Shown here piece after piece: positions 53,746-64,000 of a DNA stretch of 64,000 bases (the stretch's first letter is position 1; the number at the start of each line of letters is the position of its first letter). The notes beneath the pieces were generated by a model. It made no database searches and was not told the DNA's origin. It worked only from the letters and a program-made list of their open reading frames with translations. The stretch covers positions 140,368,001 to 140,432,000 of the forward strand of contig OX597816.1 of the NCBI GenBank assembly GCA_951406725.2, written 5' to 3'. Source of the stretch: Octopus vulgaris. Its lineage: Eukaryota. A program made the position numbers and the translations under genes.

Positions 53746-56700
53746 ATTTCACACAAAATTACCGTTAATAATACCGTCACTTTCACATCCAACATTTGCT
53801 GTTAATATCAGAAATGTTGTTAGTCTTATTTATACGAAACCTATCGTCTATTATTTAAATTAGTTGTTGTGTTTTTGTACTAAGTAACCAACAACAAATA
53901 CATTAGTTTAGCTGTGCTAAACTGCCTTATAATCACCATAACCCCAAAATGATATATTATTTAATATTTATGTCAAGTTGTCACCACATCCGGTTTTGAG
54001 TGAGGTTAATGACTACATTACACATACACACATACTTTGTATGTGTCTATATATACATGTATGTATACACATACACATCCATCCATCCATCCATCCATCC
54101 ATACATACATACATACATACATACATACATACATACATACATACATACATACATACATACATACATACATACATACATACATACTTGCATATACATATGC
54201 ATACTCACATGTGGTACATATTTATCTATTCATTCTCCTTGATGTTGACGATGATCATAGTTTATTTCTAAACTGTCGTTATTTTTATGACGAAATGCTG
54301 TGATCTGTAACAGAAGATCATTGATGCTGATCTTCGAAAATTATATTAACATTACATTCATACATATTTCACCCATTTTTCGTTCTGACGATGTAGCTCC
54401 ATATCTTTAAAATCCATCCATTTCTTTGAGAAAGGCATTAAAGATGCATCTTCATATTTACCAATGATATCACACCACCACCACCGCAGAAATATTTGGG
54501 CATCAGGCCTCTTTTTCACTGACAATAAGAGCTATATATTTTAAACTATATAACTTTATGTTACGAACGATGATAATTGTACTTGTTATAAACAATATCC
54601 CTTTGTTGTAAATGTCATATGTGATTATTGTTAAATAATAAATTATTTATTTCACGAATTATTTGCCTTATTGTTTATACTTACTTCACCGAATCTCATA
54701 AAGCAGACTTTGCGCCGATATAAAAAAAATGTTATTGTTATCGTGTAAGAGAAGTTACTGTATAGTTTAACGTTCTTAATAGTTTACGACGTGGTTATTT
54801 CGCCTAGAAAGCTTTATTTAATCCCAGATCAGTCTTGATCAAACTGATTAGGGATTAAACAATAACAAGCACTGTATATTACTAATTTAATCATCGCATC
54901 ACTTGATGTGCAACAAATTCCGAATAGATGTTAAAAGGTTCAGGCAACCAGCTCAGTAACAAAAGTGATTGAAATGATTGTATGAGTAACTCGGGGTGCA
55001 TACTAGTCTCACTCGGGTATGCATCTGCCTAGAAAGCGCAACACAACAGACAACAATTGATTTTTACATCATGTCCACAGGAAAAGAAACACATTATAAG
55101 CTTCTATTCATTCAGAATTCCTTAAATATGGAAGACAGTGATTCTGAAATCTAGATATTCATTATTATATTTTAAAAAGCGGTATAGACGTACGATATTA
55201 ATATAAAAAAAATCTATTGTTTTTACTGGGGTTTTTGGGGATTTTGGGGGTTTTTTTGTAATAGCAGTTAGTACTCAGGAAACATTTTCATAAGACAGAG
55301 AAAGAAAATCATCATTTTAAATGCAATAGTATTATTCTGATCTAAAATCGTTAAAACAATGATTTTAAAACGTACTTCTTTTAGATATATCCACCATAAA
55401 TTAAACTTCCTGGTCTTTATATTTTGGAAATTTGGACATGGTTTGGAAATATGGATATGGCCAGTATCCAAATTTGGATATGGTTAATGCTCGATTTGAG
55501 GAAAAAGTGAATTGTGAATACTGAGTACTTAACGCAAGGTCTGGCAATATCTAAAATGACTTTCAACTGATTTATAAAGATTCACTCGCAAAAGGTTTCT
55601 TCTCCCCATTTCTTCTGTACCTTCTGCTCTTTTGAACTAGCAAGCTACATACAATGTACCTCTGAAATAAACTAATATACTTGCCTTTCCATTCCTCAAC
55701 ATTCTTATTTCTTTCCACTCACCTCCCAAAACTCTGCATGTGGCACATTTTGCTATCACTTTTCTCGCAAACAGCATCCTTCGGATTTCACTCACTATCT
55801 ACGTTTTTCCTATTGGCCTCAACGTTATAACTTATCATTATGGGAAGGCCTGCAAAATCCAGGACGCTAACTCACATCCTCAGTAAACGTGTTTTTAATG
55901 CGCAGTAGGGATGAGTTTAAATGGAAAATATATGCTGTATATGAGTTTAAATGGAAAACATATGCTGTAAGTTCAAAGTAGAAGACGTCTTTGTAGTAGC
56001 AACAGAAGAGACATAAAACGCACAAGTCATCGATGTAGGTTATTCCACATGGACGAGTGAGAATGTGAGAAGTTGTTGTAGTAACAAAAAAAAGTGTAGA
56101 TGCATCGTACACTTATTGAATACATATATCATAGTTTTGGAACGGTCTCGTGTTTACAGATGTAGGTTCGAGATCCACAGACAGCCGTTGATTATTTCTA
56201 TTTCCAGGCTTTTTTAACCCAATATTTACAGGCTATTATTTATAGCTTTATTTCGAGATTCACCGTTCCAAAAACAATTATTTCACGTTCTCGTGAAATA
56301 GTTATAAATGTTTGTGTATGTGTGTACATTACACACACATATATACATACATGCATACATACATACATACATACATACATACATACATACATACATACAT
56401 ACATACATACGTACATACATACATACGTAAATACATACATACATACAACTAATAAGCACTACAAGACTGTCATGTAATACAACAAACTACAATTCTTACA
56501 CGCTTTCAAGAAGAGCATCCTTAACAACCCCAGAATATGAAAACTTGGTCCCATCATCTCAGTTTTAAAGCTTAACAAAAAACTTAACAAGAACAAGAGT
56601 CGTATCATACAGATACATCAACGTCTATGAACAATCTCAACTATTCAGGCTAACATACCTGTACTCAACACCTCCTTAACTTTTCAGCATTTAAGCAGCC

Positions 56701-56929
56701 AATATCTGCCTAAATTTTTTATGTGACTTATGTTCAAATCGGCCAGATATGGGCTCTCACAGCTACCCTACAATGTCGTTTTTAAAATAAACAGTTACAT
56801 CATCAAAATCTCGAAGATACGAGATAATGCATGATTAATTCAAAAGTTATGTGAATAAATATGCATTGCACTTGGCAAAATGATCTGAATGCTAAATGGT
56901 TAAGAAACAACACAAAGTGTTCTATATTT

Positions 56930-57855
56930 AAGAGTTGAGAAATTATATACATTATTTACATTATTTACAATTGACTGATATTTGTCCTCATCTTTGTTGT
57001 TAACACAACGTTTCAGCTGATATACCCTCTAGCCTTCATCAGGTGTCTTGGGGAAATTTCGACCTGGGTTCCAGCAGGCAAGGGAAATGCTACAAGTGGT
57101 GATGAACAAGTCTGACTACTCGAAAAAACTAGCAAGTCTTATAAGTGATGGTAGCTACAGCAAAGTAAAGAAAGACCCTACTTTGAAAACAGAGAGCAAG
57201 TTGTCACAGATCTTGATCAAGAACAAGGATCACTTTGCACCAATGAAGTACAGACAGCTGACTCAACACTACTGCAAACTACCACACATGTACGGTCTTC
57301 CTAAGATTCACGAGGATGGTATTCCATTAAGAGCTATAGTGAGCTGTAGAGGTTCAGCATGTCATCCACTGAGCTGCTTCCTGTGGATATAATCAGTCCA
57401 TTAGCAGGAAAGTCAACATCGTATGTGAAGAATTCCACCCACTTCATAGAATTGATCAAAGATACCCCCACTGAATCCAACCAGATGTTGAGTCTAGTCT
57501 GTTCACCAAAGTCTCAACTGGTGAGGCACTATCGGTGATTCAAGAAAAGCTAGTGACAGACACCCATCTAAAAGAACGTACTAGTATACCAATAAGAAAT
57601 TTGATGGAAATGTTGACCTTCTGTATAGAAACTACCTACTTCAGTATGGACACTGATATATATCGACAAAAAGTGGGTTTAGCTATGGGTTCACCATTAT
57701 CACCAATAATAGCCAATATATACATGAGAACCCAGGTTCGAAATTTCCCACAAGACACCTGATAAAGGCTAGATGGTATATCAGCTGAAACGCTGAGGTC
57801 AGCTGAAACGTTAAGGACAAAATAAGGACAAATATCCGTCAATTGTAAATAATGA
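56930..57855 (+). mobile_element. Penelope-like RT fragment between inverted pseudo-LTRs carrying hammerhead motifs
   Basis: MYGLPKIHEDGIPLRAIVS, YVKNSTHF, YRQKVGLAMGSPLSPIIANIYM. 56960-57070 (minus) mirrors 57728-57855 (plus). Confidence 0.85.
57002..57047 (-). ncRNA. Minimal type-I hammerhead ribozyme
   Basis: Minus strand GACAC-CUGAUGA-A-GGCU...AGCU-GAAAC-GUU-GUGUU. Confidence 0.65.
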
Positions 57856-58418
57856 GTACAAAGTGTTGCTTAATAAACTACATCCTATGTCATCTAATTT
57901 GTGTAGTATAATCTGTGCAGTATACAAGGACCTAACTACCGGAACGTGTGATTTCTCGAATTTTGTACAAAAGGGAGCCCCCACTTGCTTTTGTTTAACT
58001 TATCTCTAGACAATCTCTCACAACCTTATATGAAGATAAGATTACACTCACATTCTCCCATCATTCTTTAATAACAGTTGCGTAATTACTTCAAACTTTC
58101 ATCAATTACCTAGATAGCTGGTTGCAAAACAACTGTAGACCAACCAAACTCATTACCTTCCCGACCTGCAACACCCGAGGACATTAAATACAACCAATTA
58201 TCACATTCGAAAACATAACTAAAACACTGAAAACAAATATACTAGTATCTATCAATCTCTATCTCTCTCTCTTCATATATATACAAGCTTGCTTCCCTAC
58301 ACATGGTTCTGGGTTTAGTCCCATTGCGTAGCAACTTAGGCAAGTGTGTTCTACTGTAGACTCAGGCCGACCAAGGCCTTGCGAGTGGGTTTGGTAGATG
58401 GAAACTGAAAGACGCCCG

Positions 58419-58485
<67 letters not shown>

Positions 58486-59114
58486 TGCGTGCGCGCGCGT
58501 GCGTGTATGTGTGTTGAAGCAAATAGGAGAAAAAGAACGCTTAGTAAGAGCATATATATTTTTTAATCGGTTGTAAAGTTACATAAGTGGCTCAAGATCT
58601 GTGAGTTTGTCATACAAGAGACTCTCGGCTCATTTTAAGTTAACCCTGTAACCTGTCCTTCTGGAGTTTCCCCACATGTGATCGATTTTTCTCAAACAAA
58701 GTTAAACTAAACTGAATAAAGGATAAAGATATCTCGTTGTGACAGAGGAAACATGATAATATGCGATTAGCTGAACATACAAATCGGCTTTTGGCCAAGG
58801 TCAACAGAAAAGAACACCAGGGTGAAGGAGAAGGGTGAGCAAAAGTCTGTGTATGTAGAAGAAGGAAAAGAGAAAGAGAAAGAGAAAACGAGATGTTCTC
58901 TTTCGCATACCTGCGTGTAAAAACAATTTTTCTTGTTAATGAACAGACACTTCTACAGTGACAAAAAACATTATTATATATTCCCCAGATTAATGTAAAT
59001 CCCATTTAATACACAACCTGTTCATTCTGATGCATAACTGTAGATTCCTTCGATACAATGTAAACAGAGATAACCAAAGAAGAAATAACAGCAACTATCG
59101 AAATAGTGAGTCAT

Positions 59115-62100
59115 TGTTACACATTCATATCTATGTGTATACGTGTATCCCCACTCTTGGCACTATTTTATTAGTGAATAGTACAAACTGTGTGTAAAGT
59201 ATATAATGTATTACTACGCTGAAGGTCGAGTCCGTGTAACATGTAAAGCAAATAAACACGTAACAATAACAATGGTTTTCATTTGGTTGTCTATCCCATT
59301 AGAACCCGAACTACACACAACATGGTGGCAGCGGTAAATAATTAATCGGGAACTGTGCCTTTACAACGAAACAGAAACACAACGAACGAGGAATAACAAA
59401 CGAAATATCGCTTCGTCTTCGGACAACAAACACGACGATCCAAGATGGCGACCCCCGTCGCCGTACAGATGAATCTACATCCGACTATGAACTGGGATTC
59501 TAGTGATGTCGTAGAAGCATTTAAAAAATTCAAACAAAAAACTCAACTAGCTTTCAAAAGTTTCCTGAAAGGCACAACTGACGATGAGAAGGTAAGCTAT
59601 ATCCTTCTATGGTCAGGTAATAAAGGAATAGACCTATTCAATAGCTGGGATATGTCAGAATCGGACTGCAATAACCCAGACACACTTCTTGAGAAATTTG
59701 AAAGGCACCTAGAGCCCAGGTCGAACCATAGAATTCACAGATACGAATTCCAGGGCCTGAAACAAGACCCACAAGAAACAATTGACAATTTCCTGTCAAG
59801 ACTGAAAAATATTGCAGAGAAATCAAATTCAAAGACAGGGAGGAGAGAATTGTAGACCAATTAATATGGGGGTGTGCCCACAAAGAAGTACAAAAATCAC
59901 TAATAGGTAAGGACGCTCTCCAGTTGGTAGAAGCAGTAGACACTGCAAGAGCATTCGAAGCCACTACCAAACAGATGGCCTCACTTAATTACGAACAAGC
60001 TCACTTGGTAGCAGTGTAGATACTGTATCTAGGCACAGGACACATACCCACAAACAAAGAACATGCCAGTACTGTGGTACAGAGCATGAATTTAATAACC
60101 GGAAAAAATGTCCTGCATTCGGTACACACTGCAAATGATGTGGAAAAATTAACCACTGGAAAAAAATGTGTAGATTAACAAAATCCCAGAAAGACAAGCC
60201 CCAATTTTTAAAGAGGAGCAGAAATAGAAGAGATATACATGCACAACAACAGGAACAAAACACCCCAGAGGAGGAATTCTTGGTAGTCGGCATAATAAAT
60301 GTGCATGAGATGGGAAAGGACGACCGGAAGAAAGAAGATGAGGCATACACGACAATAAGAATTCAAAAGAAGGCCGGAAGGAAAAGAACAAACATAGACT
60401 TAAGGCTGAAGATAGACACTGGGGCCCAGAGTGATATCTTGCCTGTCAGCTTATACAAGAAGATGTTCCCAGAAAATATGACAGAAGAGGATAGGGTCAG
60501 GAAAGGAATCCTCACACCAAGTGATGTGGTTCTCACTGCGTACGGAGGAACCAGGATTCCACAACTGGGTAAAACAACTATCACAGGGACACACAAAGTA
60601 AAAATAATTAAGTGTTCTTTTTATGTCAAAAGAACAGAAGGGCCAGCAATTCTTGGACTCAATACCTGCAAAAAGTTAAATATTGTGTCGGTCAATGGTG
60701 AAGTGAAAGCAGCTCCAAGCAGGATTGACAGTGATATGCCTATCAAAGACCGACCACCAATCACAAACAAACAGGAGATGGAAGGACTAAGCATAAAGGT
60801 CCACCACATTGTAAATGTGACAACCACAAAGCTTGCGGAAATCAAAGAGGAGACCAGCAAAGATGAAGAACATCAGCTCCTTACACAGATGGTGATTCAG
60901 GGTGGCCAGAAAAGAGACATCAGGTACAGCCCCTAATTCGTGAATATTGGGCCATCCATAATGATATATCAGTGGAGGATGGAATCCTGATGGCTGGATC
61001 CCGAATAATTATACCCAAGTCAATGCAAGAAGAGATTCTTGACAAGATCCACCAAGGGCATCTCGGAATGGAAAAATGCAAGCTCCGAGCCAAGTCAGCA
61101 GTATATTGAGTAGGCATGTACAAATACATAGAAAAGAGAGTTTCTACATGCCACATCTGTCAAAAGTACGGAAACTCACAACAAAAGGAAGAAATGATAT
61201 CTAGTGACATCCCAAGAAGGCCATGGCAAACTATTGGAGTAGATCTGCTCACAGAGGGCCAAGAATGGTATTTGATAATGGCCTGCTACTACTCCAAATT
61301 TCCATTTGTGAGAAAAGTGAAAGACCTGACAGCCAAAACAATCACCACAGTAGCTCGAGGACTTCTAGCAGAGCAAGGAATACCAGAGCAGATCATATGT
61401 GATAATGGAACCCAGTTCACATCACAAGAATTCAAAAAGCTTGCCGATGAGTATGGGTTCAATATTACAACTTCATCTCCACACTACCCCAAAGGCCATG
61501 GGTTTATAGAAAGACAGGTGCAGACAGTGAAGAGAACACTAGTCAAATGCCGAGAGACTAAGGAAGACCCTACGAGCGACACCACTGAGAGCTGATATGA
61601 AATCCCCAGCAGAATTGCTGAATGGCAGGAAGTACAAAACTACCCTGCCAACTAAAATCCAACCTCCTATTGACCAGGAAGAGACAAGGGCAAAGCTAGC
61701 AGCCACTCAAGAACAATCACAGAGGTATTACAACAAACATGCACAATATTTACCTGAGATACTTGGAAGACAACATGTGCATACTTAAGATCCCATAACT
61801 AAAACATGGATCCCAGCACAGGTTGTCAGTAGAGCTGAAACTCCAAGATCATATATAATAGAAACGGAATCTGGTAGGCAGCTGAGACGCAACAGGGCCC
61901 ACATCCGCCCAACACCAGAGCTGTTGAGGACAACGTGTACTACACCTGCTGCATTAGTGACAACACCCACAGAATCATCACCCCAACGTGCACCAACCAC
62001 CTATCAGCAGTCCAACAACACACCTCAGACACCGGTGCGAAGCACAAGATCCACCAGATGGAGAAAGAACATTCTGCCACCGGTTCGATACCGTTAAAGA

Positions 62101-62490
62101 AAAAAAAAGAAAATGAAAAGAGAAGTATCTAATTCAGCTAGACTACAAAGCAGAGGCAGAATAATCTCACGACCTCTGCTGTAGGATTGCCACCTCAGGC
62201 TGACAATCCATAGAGCAAGGGAGACTACTCATAATTGTCTTCACTGCCAAAAGACCCCTTTATTTTTTTTCAAGAAGAAGGAATGTTACACATTCATATC
62301 TATGTGTATACGTGCATCCCACTCTTGGCACTATTTTGTTAGTGAATAGTACAAACTGTGTGTAAAGTGTATAACGTATTACTACACTGAAGGTCGAGTC
62401 CGTGTAACATGTAAAGCAAATAAACACGTAACAATAACAATGGTTTTCATTTGGTTGTCTATCCCATTAGAACCCAAACTACACACAACA
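59115..62490 (+). mobile_element. Ty3/Gypsy LTR retrotransposon, internally deleted (gag, protease, integrase; no RT/RNase H)
   Basis: TG...CA LTRs at 59115-59322 and 62284-62490, TSD GTCAT. PBS TGGTGGCAGCGGT (tRNA-Leu-like) at 59323, purine tract at 62272-62283. Zinc knuckles near 60064-60170, protease KIDTGAQ, integrase GHLGMEK..CHIC..VDL..CDNGTQF..IERQV. Confidence 0.95.
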
Positions 62491-63263
62491 GTCATGTCCC
62501 TTGGGAGACTAATGCAAGAGTAACTGTCTTATAACAATCCACTGCAATTGAAAAACAACGGCGAAACTGTATTCTTATATCGGCTCAATAGAGATCCCAA
62601 TTAAAAGCCAACCATATCAACACATCAACTCTTTCAAGCAAGTCACAAAGAAAACACTACATGGCTTTTGCAGCACATTTGACAAAAAGAAAAATATGTT
62701 GTATGTACGAGGACTATGTAGACCTCAGTTATACTGAAACATTGTATAAACAGGGAAGATGGGTCTGTTGATCACATCTCGTCGTTCGTCCGACTACATA
62801 AGACTACTGAATCAAGCCTGACTCGGCACCACACACAAAAAGTGTTCAGGAAATGTGTCTACAGGAAATGTGGATCTGAGTCCTTCAGACTGCATTCGGC
62901 TTTTCTATCTAAAAGGAATTATTCAGTGCAATATTTACGTACTGTTATTCCTAACATTGTGTATGCCTCGAGGTGTATTATTCCATGTACACATACACAC
63001 ACGCACACGCATGTACACATACACACACACAAACACACAAACACACACACACACACACATGACAGAAGTAAATATACGCCCTTATAATCATTAAAATATA
63101 TTTAAATCTGAAATTATACATTCAAATTATTTATTAATTATTATAATGTGAATATCTAATATTTAGTAGATATGCCCTTTTCATTTTTCAGTGCAAGGAT
63201 TCTATAAAGCATGCTACTGATCAGATGACGAATATTCTTTTAGGGAATTTCCTGTCAAGTTTC

Positions 63264-64000
63264 ATGCAATTTCAGTAATGAGGCAAAACGCAAGACACAC
63301 GTGTGGAAAAGCTAAAGTTAGAAAATAAAACAGGAAATAATAGCTCAAAGGAAAGACATAAATAGCGTGAGAAAAACAAAACAAAAGCGAGAAATCCACA
63401 TTTGGCTCATAAACTATGTCAAATTTATGGCCACTCTCTAAAACAAGAACTATTGTTTTGAAATTCGCTTCTTCCTAAACTTATTCACGTGTTTCGCACG
63501 CGACAAAAGCAAACATAATTTGCAATTGATAATAAAATAAGCAATAAATAAATTAATAAATAAGAAGAGAGACTAAAGGAAAGGTAAAATCGAGTTCCAT
63601 ATAAATATCATCGATTTTTACAGAAACATCATTCGAGAAACGAACTTTGACTTGAAACAAATTAATCAGAGGTGAGTGAAGAACAGTTTCTAGTTATATT
63701 TCCTTTACAGTGATTCTTTTTTTTTTTGGTGGGGGGGAGACAAAGGTCGTTTCGCTTTTTGCTTTTTTGTTGTTTTTGTTTTTACCTGGAAGCTTATAAT
63801 TTTCATCAATCGGAATCATAGTTTACACACTGTAGTGAAGTGAACCGCTATGAACGGAGAACTCTAGTTTGAAACATGGTATCTACGTGACATTTCTAGA
63901 AACTTAAGAGAAATTGAAATAACAAACGACTTACATCTAAATTTTACAATGAAGAAATTATCTTTCTCTCTTCTTCGTGGATAGGCAAGAACACAGAGCA
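63264..64000 (+). promoter_or_regulatory. Promoter, non-coding exon 1 (about 63628-63671) and start of intron 1 of a further paralog (gene C)
   Basis: Near-identical to 46710-47440 (scattered substitutions, one 10-bp indel); TATAAATA at 63600, donor GTGAGT at 63672. Confidence 0.8.

Overview
AT-rich, microsatellite-dense eukaryotic DNA, most likely a coleoid cephalopod (octopus-like; inferred from repeat content and protein family). The core is a same-strand tandem array of secreted tyrosinase-like (type-3 copper) genes. Two are complete 5-exon copies (CDS 26869-32476, 737 aa; CDS 48779-53745, 748 aa). The window also holds the orphan last exon of an upstream paralog (5825-6015) and the promoter plus exon 1 of a downstream paralog (about 63264-64000). 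The spliced proteins read signal peptide, CuA/CuB oxidase, Cys-rich middle domain, (PTTTT)n linker and a chitin-binding type-2 (CBM14)-like tail. The ORF track misses the CuA and CBM14-like exons. The paralogs show gene-conversion-like mosaicism, positionally conserved E-boxes, and a microhomology-joined inverted duplication at the newest promoter. The rest is transposon debris: CR1/L2 and R4/Dong LINEs, Penelope-like elements with hammerhead ribozymes, mariner/Tc1, Helitron, hAT and Merlin-like MITEs, SINEs, and an RT-less Gypsy LTR element.
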